A stretch of 62,958 bases of DNA, the filler included, from Phoronis australis (lineage: Eukaryota; Animalia; Phoronida), in NCBI GenBank assembly GCA_002633005.1. It is 10 parts of 10 records of this genome, joined end to end, with 100 filler letters (N's around TTAATTAATTAA, not from the genome) between each part and the next. Parts side by side here need not be neighbours in the genome. Positions count along the whole stretch, not along the records: positions 14,954 to 41,018 come from NMRA01001339.1; 9 more parts are not named here. One strand, 5' to 3'. The position numbers and the translations under genes are program-made. Below, in pieces: positions 14,954-27,100 of this stretch (position 1 is the first letter of the stretch; each line of letters begins with the position of its first letter). A model generated the notes under the pieces. The model made no database searches. It worked only from the letters and a program-made list of their open reading frames with translations, and was not told the DNA's origin.

Positions 14954-15136
14954 TGAAACCACCGACGCGTGCGTCAGCAGGTAGCTTCACAACCATTCCT
15001 TGTGTACCAGTAGCACTGACTGGGGTCCATCCATCAGCATCGGAATTAATCCTAATGCTGTCTGGTGTAATCTCAGTAGTGGCGGAGGAGGCGACAACTG
15101 ATTCAACACTATCAGACAGCATCTTGTCCACACAAA
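14954..15136 (-). CDS. Mucin gene exon: discoidin N-half, cut by the contig end
   Basis: cag acceptor, CVDKMLSDS..GWTP..VVKLP..VGGF, paralogous to 18322-18599. Confidence 0.82.
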
Positions 15137-18100
15137 CTGAAACATTTAGAAAGTGAACAGTAAGTGATTACCTACACGTCAATCTTCAACTGTAACAACT
15201 CATCAGTGCTAACTCAAAACACTTTTCACAAAAATTTGATAAGGATGATACTCGAAGCTCAAAATCATTCGAGATGGTTATTGACATGCACAACATCACA
15301 GGATTGAAACACTTCACAAACTGCAAAAGAGAATGACACCACGTTGATCAACATGACCTTCTCAGTGGCAATGGTAGTATACCAAGGATTACTATCTAGC
15401 TTTAGGCACTAACGGAAATTCATAGTCAATCGCCAGTATACTGTTTACACACCAAAGACACCAACTTCACAGCATAATTTAACAAAGCAGCATTCCGGTG
15501 AACACAACCTGACCCCAAAGGGAATTAGATCACACCTACCTGAAGGACGTGTTGTGCTTGGAGCACTTGTTGAGACTAGTATTGTTGTGGCTGGTTTGCT
15601 AGTTGTTGTTGGAGCAGGACTTGTGGATGGTGCAACAGCAGTGCTTTGAGTTGTAACATATTCTGTTAAATTAAAACATTATGAAAAAATGACATTTGCC
15701 AAGGAGCAGGCGATTAAAATGACCATCAACTTAATTCAACTCGTAAATAATTTTCAAAAGAACAAGGCACTTTGCAAACCTGAACACCGTCATTCTGAGA
15801 AATCAGGACTTAAACAAAATTGTTCAAGTACGTCAATCATGATTGAAATATATTCGAAACGAGTCACTGATCACTCTTGGCTCGTTTATTACATGAACTT
15901 TTTGAGTTTCAACTCATCACTTTCCTATATCAACCAAAACATACAAAACCTTCTGTGTAACAGATGCACCATGCTGAATTAGGCAAAATCAGAGGCGATA
16001 TTCAGAACTCAACTCAGAGAAGATCGACTTTAACATAAACATTGTTGTTGTTGGAGCAGAACTTCTAGACAGTGTGACACCAGTAGTTTGGACTGTGAAA
16101 CTCTTTGTATTAAAACATGAAAATTATGAAAAACGATATTTGCCTTGGACCAAGAGATTAAACACAACTGTTTTCAACTAACAGATTTGAATTAATTTTC
16201 AAAGGAACAACTGAAGACACTTAATTGTAACACTGAAAACCATCATTCAGAAAAAAATCAGTGCTTAAACAGAAAGTTTTTGTATGCTGTAATCTCGGTA
16301 TTGGGGGGGATCTGGAGATAATTGATTCGACACTATCAAAAAGCATCTTGCACACAAAATGAGCCACTTAGAAGTCAATAGTCAGTGATCAACTGTACAA
16401 GCTTCAAACCAACAACTCTGCATGGCATTAGGCAACATTTCTAGTGAGATTCATTCGGTTCTCTTCGATCAGACAAAACCTAGGTGTAACAACTGATCCT
16501 TACCAACCTAGACAACTTTTCACAAAAATTTAGGAATACAACCTCTCTACAGGTGGTAACTGAAATTCATGGTTAATCGACAATGTACTGTTCATACCCT
16601 GAAGACAGCAAGTTCATAGTAGATTAATTAAACAAAGCAGCATTCAGCTGAACACAACCTGACCCAAAGGGAATTAGATCACACCTACCTGAAGGACGTG
16701 TTGTGCTTGGAGCAATTGTCGAGACTCGTAGTGTTGTGGCTGGTTTGCTTGTTGTTGTTGGCGCAGAAATTGTAGACGGTGGAGCAGTCGTTCTTTGAGT
16801 TGTAACATTCTCTGCATTAAAAACATCATGTGAAAATCTAAACTTTGGCTTAGGTCGGGTAATTAAAATGAAATTTCTTTTTACCTTTCAAAAACTCTAA
16901 TAGCATTTGAGTCATTTTCAATAGCCCACGACACTATGTAGAAATGCCTGCAATCTTTTACCACCAGTCCATCAATGGAAACTTAATCTCATCTCAGGGA
17001 ATCTTTTAGTAAAAACGTTCAACCCAACTTAAGGGACACTGATGTCTGAAATCTAATTACAAAAAATGTAGTCACAGTAATCCATACCTTAAATCACTCA
17101 AATGATTTCAATATTTCTTACCATAACAGCCCAATAGATCAATTTTTATGGTGGGAGCAATATTTACGCCATCTTGATCCGACTTGTAGCCAATAATTAT
17201 CAGCTTGAAATACTCGTCAGTTTGCTCTTCCGTGAAAATTATACAGTTAGACGAACTTACCTTAAGTGAAGGATGACTGTAATTTTATGTATCCCCAGAA
17301 TTCCCAAGCACTTTCCAATAAATTTAGGGAATACTATCTCTCTTCAGGCCGTAACTGAAATTCATGGCCAATCGTCAACAAAATGTTCACACCTTAAAGA
17401 CAGCAAGTTCACAGGAGATTATTGTAGCAAAGCAGCATTCAGCTGAACACAATCACATCCAATGACAGTAAAATCACACCTACCTGAAGGACGTGTTGTG
17501 CCTGGAGCACTTGTCGAGACCAATTTTGTTGTGGCTGGTTTGCTTGTGGTTGGAGCAGAAACTGTAGACGGTGCAACAGTTGTTCTTTGAGTTGTAACAT
17601 TCTCTGCATTAGACACATCATGTGAAAAACTAACCTTTGTCTTAGGCCAGGCAATTAAAAATAACACTTCTTTTTAACTTTTATTAAATCCTTTATTAGG
17701 ACTTGTGTCATTTAAAACAACCCACCACACTACGTAGAACTATCCGCATTCCTTTATGGCCAGTGCATCAATGGAAACTCAATTTCATTTCCGACAATCA
17801 TTCACTAAAAAGTTCAAACCAAGTAACTGGACATAGATAGCTGCAATCTAATCACAAAAAAAACTGTAGTCACAGTAATCCATACTTTAAAACACTCAAA
17901 AGTTTTCAATAATTCTTACCATAACAGCCCAACAGATCAATTTTTATGGTGGGAGCAATCTTTGTGCCATCTTCATCCGTCTTGTAGCTATTAATTACCA
18001 ATTTGAAATACTCGTCAGTTTGCTCTTCCGTAAAAATGAAACTACATCCATTTGGTTCACCGCAAGATTTGAAGTCGTCGCCACTGAACGTCTGGAAAAC

Positions 18101-21100
18101 ATGAAAGAGGAATCTATGTCAAAGCATGTTACAAACAATTATGAAAAAAATCAAGACTGTTACTCATTTAAAAATTAACGCTCTGTTACAGAAGACTGAA
18201 ATTTGGAATACGTATTACAGAGGGGAGACTGGAGGACTCGGGTGTGAAAGGACCAACATTACCAATGTTGCTACAGTTGCTATTTGTTAATGTCTAGTGT
18301 TAATTGCTAAAGGTCACTAACCTTGCGAGAACCGCCTTCCTGATAGACATTCTGTTCATCATCGCTGTTGTTCGAAAAGCCCACGTAGAATGTATCCAGA
18401 TCATTGGCATTTAATTTGAATCCACCAACCCGTGCGTCAGCAGGTAGCTTCACAACCAATCGTTGTGCACCAGTAGTACTGTCTGGGGTCCATCCATCAG
18501 CATCGGATCCAATCTTAATGCTTTCTGGTGTAATCTCGGAAGTGGCAGAGGTGGAGGCAACTGCTTCAACACTATCAGAGAGCATCTTGTCCACACAAAC
18601 TGAAACATTTAGAAAGTCAATAGTCAGTGGTCATCTGCACGAGCTCCAACTCCAGAATTCTTATGGCATTAAGAAATTCTTCGGATGAGATTCAGTCAGT
18701 TCTTTTGAATCAGACGTTACCTAGGTGTAACAACCCATCCGTGCTAATCCAGACCAATTTTCACAAAATTTCATAAGGATGATACTCGGAGATCAAAATC
18801 ATTCGAGACTGTTATTCACATATTAACATCAGAACATTGAAACACTTCTCAAACTGCAAAGAGAATGATATCAGGTTGGTCAACAGCACCTTCCCAGTGG
18901 CAATGGTAGTATACCAGGGATTACTATCTATCTTTAGGCTGTAACTGAAATTCATGGCCAATTGCCAGTATACTGTTTATACACAAAAGACACCAACTTC
19001 ACAGCATAATTTAACAAAGCAGCATTCAGCTGAACACAACCTGACCCAAAGGGAATTAGATCACACCTACCTGAAGGACGTGTTGTGCTTGGAGCAATTG
19101 TCGAGACTCGTAGTGTTGTGGCTGGTTTCCTTGTTGTTGTTGGAGCAGGACTTGTAGACGGTGCAACAACAGTGCTTTGAGTTGTAACATTCTCTGTATT
19201 GAAACACAAAATTATGAAAAATGACAATAGGCTTGGACAATCAGATTAAAAATAATTACAACTAAATGAGGTTTTAACTAATTTTCAAAGGAACAAGACA
19301 TTTTATTAAAATGAACATTGTCATTCAGCGAAATTAGAGCTTAAACATAAAGTTTCTGTCTGCTGTAATCTCGGTAGCAGTGGAGCTGGAGGTAATTGCT
19401 TCATGACAATCAAATAGCATGTTGTCCACACAAACTTAACCACTTAGCAGACAATAGTGAGTGATCATCTCTACGAGTTTCAACCCAAGAACTCTGCATG
19501 GCGTTAGACAATGCTTCTGGTGAGATTCAGTCGGTTATTTTCCATCATAAAAAACCTAGGCCTAACAACTCATCCGTGCTAACCTAGAGCACTTTCCAAT
19601 AAATTTAGAGAATACTATCTCTCTTCAGGCCGTAATTGAAATTCATGGCCAATCGTCAATATATTGTTCACACCTTAAAGACAGCAAGTTCACAGGAGAT
19701 TAATGTAGCAAAGCAGCATTCAGCTGAACACAATCTCATCCAATGAGAGTAAAATCACACCTACCTGAAGGACGTGTTGTGCCTGGAGCACTTGTCGAGA
19801 CTAATTTTGTTGTGGCTGGTTTGCTTGTGGTTGGAGCAGAAACTGTAGACGGTGCAACAGTTGTTCTTTGAGTTGTAACATTCTCTGCATTAGACACATC
19901 ATGTGAAAAACTAACCTTTGTCTTAGGCCAGGCAATTAAAAATAACACTTCTTTTTAACTTTTATTAAATCCTTTATTAGGATTTGAGTCATTTAAAACA
20001 ACCCACCACACTACGTAGAACTATCCGCATTCCTTTATCGCCAGTGCATCAATGGAAACTCACACAATTTCATTTCCGACAATCATTCACTAAAAAGTTC
20101 AAACCAAGTAACTGGACATAGATAGCTGCAATCTAATCACAAAAAAAACTTTAGTCACAGTAATCCATACTTTAAAACACTCAAAAGTTTTCAATAATTC
20201 TTACCATAACAGCCCAACAGATCAATTTTTATGGTGGGAGCAATCTTTGTGCCATCTTCATCCGTCTTGTAGCTATTAATTACCAATTTGAAATACTCGT
20301 CAGTTTGCTCTTCCGTAAAAATGAAACTACATCCATTTGGTTCACCGCAAGATTTGAAGTCGTCGCCACTGAACGTCTGGAAAACATGAAAGAGGAATCT
20401 ATGTCAAAGCATGTTACAAACAATTATGAAAAAAATCAAGACTGTTACTCATTTAAAAATTAACGCTCTGTTACAGAAGACTGAAATTTGGAATACGTAT
20501 TACAGAGGGGAGACTGGAGGACTCGGGTGTGAAAGGACCAACATTACCAATGTTGCTACAGTTGCTATTTGTTAATGTCTAGTGTTAATTGCTAAAGGTC
20601 ACTAACCTTGCGAGAACCGCCTTCCTGATAGACATTCTGTTCATCATCGCTGTTGTTCGAAAAGCCCACGTAGAATGTATCCAGATCATTGGCATTTAAT
20701 TTGAATCCACCAACCCGTGCGTCAGCAGGTAGCTTCACAACCAATCGTTGTGCACCAGTAGTACTGTCTGGGGTCCATCCATCAGCATCGGATCCAATCT
20801 TAATGCTTTCTGGTGTAATCTCGGAAGTGGCAGAGGTGGAGGCAACTGCTTCAACACTATCAGAGAGCATCTTGTCCACACAAACTGAAACATTTAGAAA
20901 GTCAATAGTCAGTGGTCATCTGCACGAGCTCCAACTCCAGAATTCTTATGGCATTAAGAAATTCTTCGGATGAGATTCAGTCAGTTCTTTTGAATCAGAC
21001 GTTACCTAGGTGTAACAACCCATCCGTGCTAATCCAGACCAATTTTCACAAAATTTCATAAGGATGATACTCGGAGATCAAAATCATTCGAGACTGTTAT

Positions 21101-24100
21101 TCACATATTAACATCAGAACATTGAAACACTTCTCAAACTGCAAAGAGAATGATATCAGGTTGGTCAACAGCACCTTCCCAGTGGCAATGGTAGTATACC
21201 AGGGATTACTATCTATCTTTAGGCTGTAACTGAAATTCATAGACAATTGCCAGTATACTGTTTATACACAAAAGACACAAATTCACAGCATAATTTCACA
21301 AAGCAGCATTCAGCTGAACACAACCTGACCCAAAGGGAATTAGATCACACCTACCTGAAGGAGGTGTTGTGCTTGGAGCAATTGTCGAGACTCGTAGTGT
21401 TGTGGCTGGTTTCCTAGTTGTTGTTGGAGCAGGACTTGTAGACGGTGCAACAGCAGTGCTTTGAGTTGTAACATTTTCTGTTATATGAAAACATAATTAT
21501 GAAAAAATGATTTTTGCCTTGAACAATGAGATTAAAATTATTATCAACTAAATTCAACTCTTAAGTAATTTTCAAAAGAACAAGGCAGTTTGCAAACCTG
21601 AACACCGTTATTCTGAGAAATCAGCACTTAAACATCAAGTTAACTTTGTTTGAGTTAATCATCGTTGAAATAGTTCAAAACGAGTCACTGATCACTCTTG
21701 GCTGGCACATGTATTTTACGAAATGACTTTTTCGAGTTTCAACTCATGAATTTCCTATATCAGCCTAAACACACAAAACCCTCTTTGTAACAGATGCACC
21801 ATGCTGAATAAGACCACTCGTTCACAAAGCCTAGTGAGGCAATATTCAGAGCTCAACTCAGAGCGGTGTGACAATGAACAGCAATTGGTGGAGCAGAACT
21901 TCTAGACGGTGTGACACCGGTAGTTTGAGCTGTAACATTCCCTGTATTAAAACATAAAAATTATGAAAATCGATATTTGCCTTTGACCAGGAGATTAAAC
22001 ACATGAAACCATTTTCAACTCACTGAGGTTTTAACTCATTTTCAAAGAAACAAGACACTTTGTAACACGGAACACCGACATTCATAGAAATCATTGCTTA
22101 AACATAAAGTTTCTGTCTGCCGTTACGGTGTGGCAGCCGCTGTTTGATATGTAACATTCTCTGCATTAAAACATGATAAATTTGGAGAAGTATTACTTTG
22201 CTGAACGAAAACTAAGCTTTAATTTCAACTAATTAAATTTTCAACTCATTTTCCAACAAATGAGACACTGTGCAACACTGCACAACGTGATTCAGAAAAG
22301 TTATGTTGAATTTGCCCCCATCAATTATACTTGAAAGAACTTCAAAACGAGTTATTGATCACTGAGACAGCTTGTTCTTATTGTTCTTGTTGTTGTAGTA
22401 GACGGTGCAACAATGGTGCTCTGAGTACCTTCATTCTTTATATTAAAACATCATATGAAAAACTAACCTTTGACATGGGCCAGGCAATTTAAACAATCAC
22501 TTCATTTCGGCTTTCAAAAAAATTGATAACATTTTATTTATTTGCAAACTAAAGGTAAAGCGCACTGTGTAACACTGCACACATTCATGTTACCATGACA
22601 TGACGAACAAACTTTTGGCATGGTCCAAGCAATTAAAACTAACATTTCATTTCAATTTTCAAATGCTTCCATGTGATGTATGACCATATTGATAAGTATG
22701 TGTATTATCTCTACTAAAATAAAAGAGCATAAGGTGTATCACAGGCAGGCTTGGTACCAGTTCGTCTCTGACCACATCTTCTTAGCAAAAGTTAGGAAAA
22801 GGGAAAGCACTAAACATGAATGACATGGTCAAGTTTGAATCGAAAACACAGGTAAACCATGCTTCAGGACTTACCAGTAAGCCAAATCACAAGAAAACAA
22901 ATAAAAGCCCCTTGGGAAGCGGTGTCATCATACAATATGACAGAGTCCAAACATTTTGTTTTTTATCTCAAAACACAGTTCACTGTTTAGATGTGTGGTT
23001 TCCCACTGACAGTGTTTTAATGCATACAGTGGTGTGAGAATGATATCGTTTGTTTTAGCAACTGTCTTTGTTTTAGTGCAGTTAAAACACAATATGTTGA
23101 AGGGAGCTTTTTCACAACACTTCCACTGCAACATCAGACATAGCATTGATCTCTATGCTTGTTTTTCATTTTAATCATTGTCAGGATTTTCCATTTAAAC
23201 AGTTTATGAGTTAGTTAATATGTACCAGTTAGTTATTAAATTGAGGAGATCCTGTTTTTAAAATGTGAAGGAGTAAAATTAGTAATGTTTCCAAAAAAGT
23301 ATTGACTAGCTGTCCGGTACCGAACGTGCAGTACATCAGCCACACGTGGCTAGGCATCCGGTACTGGACATTTAGCAAAGGCTACCAATCTTGACTACCC
23401 ATTCGGTACCAGACTTGTTACTTACATTGCTAGCCATCCGGTACCGGACGGGTACAGCATTCGAGCCCTGTGGCTAGGCATCCGGTACTGGATGGGTAGT
23501 GCATGCTACGATCTTCACTAGCCGTCTGCTACCAGACTTTTAACTTCTGTTGCTAGTCCTCCACCACCAGAGATGGGTAGGAATCCGGTACAGGACGACT
23601 AGTTCACAATAAATTTTTCAGTGGCCATTCGCTGCCAAGCTTGTTACTTGTATTGCTAGCCATCCAGTACCGGACGCGTATTCGACCTTTGTGGCTAGGC
23701 ATCCAGTACCGGATGTGTAGCACATAATACGATCTTCACTAGCTGTCCGCTACCGGAATTTCAACTTATCTGTTGCTAAGCGTCTGGCACCACAGATGGA
23801 TAGAATCCAGTAATGGACGTCTAGTGCACACTACGTATTTCAGTGACAATGGGCTTCGACCACAGCTTATGCAGTCTTAACTAGACAGTCTAGTACTTAC
23901 AAGCAGTCGGGTACATCCACCAGATAATGGTAATGGTATTCATGCCATCACAAGCGTATTATCCGTAATCCGTAATCAAAGAGTCACAATACACGCAATC
24001 ATGCAGACTTGAACTTTTTTGTCACATTTGTATCCTCGGGGTAGCACATCAGTGGTGAGACGCACCATCAGCAGCTTTCAAAAAAGGGACTGGAGGGGTG

Positions 24101-27100
24101 TGGAACAATAACGATGGGTGTGGGGAGTACATGGAAACGACATTATGTATTAGATTGTGCAGGACTGCAATCTTTTTGATGTTTTTAATACCCATTATAC
24201 ATAATACATAGCACACATCTCTAGTTCCCCACTCCTTTACATACAGCAGCCCACCCATAAGCTTGACTGACGAGTTTGTCGGAGAACAGGAGCTAGTGAC
24301 ATTGGTACGACCTTATGTGTCGAAACAGGGTCGGTCTGAGAGCAAGATTGTCTGTGACAGAGGAAGAGTGGGGCTAGCGCCGTATCATATGTACATCCGT
24401 AAGAGGATAATAGCGCGGCCACAAGAGATCTTGTGCCTGTGCAAGCCTAACCTCCGTGTAGGCAGGAAAAGGTGCACGGGTACACTGCTCAACATAGTTG
24501 GCCATGATCTGACCTGTTGATTACTGACTAGATAGAGGAAACCAAGGTGATTCACTCCGACTTTTATAAAAATAAGAGCCAATGTTTGGAATCACTACCG
24601 AAAAAATAAATGTTATTCTCCATAAAGACAAATATTTCTTAAAATCACTGGATGGCTTAAATTTTGTCTAAATTATCTCATCTGCTATGAGTAAATGAGT
24701 TCGAACATTTCTGGTGTAACTCAGTTGTTTTCAGATGTTTCTGTGCCCCTTTGATGGTTCTGGAATACCGTAAAATTAACAAAAAAACTCATCTAGAAAG
24801 CATTTCTTTCTCCAGACAGTATTTAATATGATGCGAACAACGCACTGACCCCTAAGCAGGCTGCCAGTTTTAAACACACTGGCAAGTATTCGTCAAATTC
24901 CAGTGATGTTACCCATGACAAAAATGACGTAAAATGTTTTGTCACCCCTGGTGTGCGAGGTCAAAACCATTACCCCACCGCTTAGTCATACAGTATGTTC
25001 TCGGATAGCTTTCTGGTACCAGACTGCAACAAGACACTTCCTTCCGAAAAGTGAAATTCTGCAGCTCTTTTCAAAAAAAGAACAAAGTTGTTTAGTTTCT
25101 AAAGGTCGCAAAGATTAGACCATGGCTTAAATCACTATTTTAGTGGTCACTAATTAAAAGAAAGTGAAAGTCCCTTTGATGGAGAGTACAGGAAATTAAT
25201 ACAATTAAAAAACACAACACCGATCTTGAAGCCTTAATTCTTAATCCAAGTCTGACATAGGTTTAACTTTATCTCTCACCATAGCATCCCAGCAACTCCA
25301 TTCTGATAGTTGGCAAGACTTTAGTGCTTTTGTTAATCTTGTAGTTCAGGATCAGAATTCTGACATATTCATATGGCTGTTCTTCAGAGAAAACGTAGCT
25401 ACAGCCAACAGATTCCCCACACCACTTGAAATCATTTCCGTTAAAAAGCTGAAAAAGAAAGTTTCGATTTTCAAGTGAAAGTGATCAAGGCAAGATTCGC
25501 AGTGAGAGAAACTTGATACTGAAAACAAGAGTCATATGTCCTACGGCAAATAGTTCAGCGTTTATGGTAAACAAGACTGGAAATGATAATAATTACAGAG
25601 TTCATGTCCATTGCACACTTTTGTAGTTCAAGTCAAACTTGTAAAATTAATTCCATATTAAATTTACTTGATTGGAGTCAGTTAAATAAAATATTTATTG
25701 TAAATGACTGTATTCTTTGCCATTCATTGTCATGAGCGCCTGTTCTGCACCTAATGAAAAATTATGTCATTTTTGTACTGGCCTATGGCATTGAAAGTCT
25801 CAGAACAGTAAGAATAGTCTTCTTACAGGCCATCTTTTGGTCACATTACCTGACCTATAGCTAAGTCTGAAAAGATGTCTGTCCGTACTGGGAATCGAAC
25901 CCCAGATCTTTTTGCTAATCGTGCAGATGCTCTAGTCCACTAAGCAACAGTGGGTAAGAAGTCTAATAATTAATACTTAATTTATACTAGTTTTATGCAC
26001 TTATCTATAACAGTACAATTATCTGTGACACTTGAATTTGCTTGCAACAATGTTTTGAGCATCAATATGAGCTAACCGATGTCATACAATATGCTAAATG
26101 TCATGAACGTTTAGGCTGTTTTACTTCATTTGTCAATGTCAACACAAGAATCCTAATACGATGTCTTATTCTGACTTCCATTAAATTACTACGTTCAACC
26201 TTTCGTTCTTAATTATGTAGTGGTGTCGTCACTATGGACCAAAATGGTCACCTCACTTAACTTTCTACAAGACCGTACAAATAAATTTTCTTACATTAAA
26301 ATTACTACAGGAACAATCTAGGTAGCACAACCCAACTAAACACAAAAATCCATTCAAGGAGGATTTAAATAGTTTCAGTTAATAATCATAATGTGCACCA
26401 TTTTTGCTTACTGAGTTGCTGGGAGACATTTTGCCCAAAGATGGTAACCAACAACACAATACTCATGACTGCAAATATTGATAAAGGTTGGTACATATAC
26501 TTGGTGGCTACTGATCGCACACAGCCAGGCAAACTAAACAGCAATGCCTAGCGTTGAAATGCGCCCACAAATGCTCCGCAAACGGTGCACTTCAAGGGGT
26601 AAAAATGGTTCGGAATACAAAAATGGAAAGGCATCGTCATCTTTTAAAGTTATTTGCAAATTGAAATTTTAAGAAAATGCATCAGAGAACGGCAAAGATA
26701 AAAAGCAACATAAAAACAACTGCCATTAGGAACCACAACAGCAGTCGAATCTATCCCTCATCTGTCAAGTTAATAAGAATACAACAGAAAAATTTCAAAA
26801 ACATCGTCCAAGGGGTTAAGGAGGTACAGCCTGTGATGCGAAAAAATGTCAAAAGGTGGCACCACTGTCAGTATTTGGACCCGTTTGAAAACTCACGTCA
26901 GTCATGCTCCTGTAAGAAAACATCTGCCAATTTTGATTTTGATCATCTACGTGGTTTGGGTATTATGTGGATAAAAGAAGCAGAGGACAAAAACAGACTA
27001 ATAAAAATAATTAAAATAGAAACTACTTGGTGCAGAATACATCGAATCCATCACAAAAAGGAAAGATGCGGTTGTCTTCATGATAGAAATTTGTTTGCCC

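Larger units (their letters stand above)
17304..21500. repeat. Tandem segmental duplication with a period of about 2.28 kb (PTS/discoidin module); older copies at about 14954-17240
   Basis: 18307-18594 and 20592-20879 encode identical proteins at an offset of 2285 bp, and the introns are also near-identical. 15540-16300 parallels 21355-22120. Confidence 0.95.

Noticed and set aside
18404-18688. Plus-strand 94-aa ORF (and its copy at 20689-20973)
   Set aside because: Antisense shadow of the discoidin exon.
24240-24560. RTE-like LINE 3' remnant
   Set aside because: Only a faint resemblance across stops and frameshifts; not supportable without a search.
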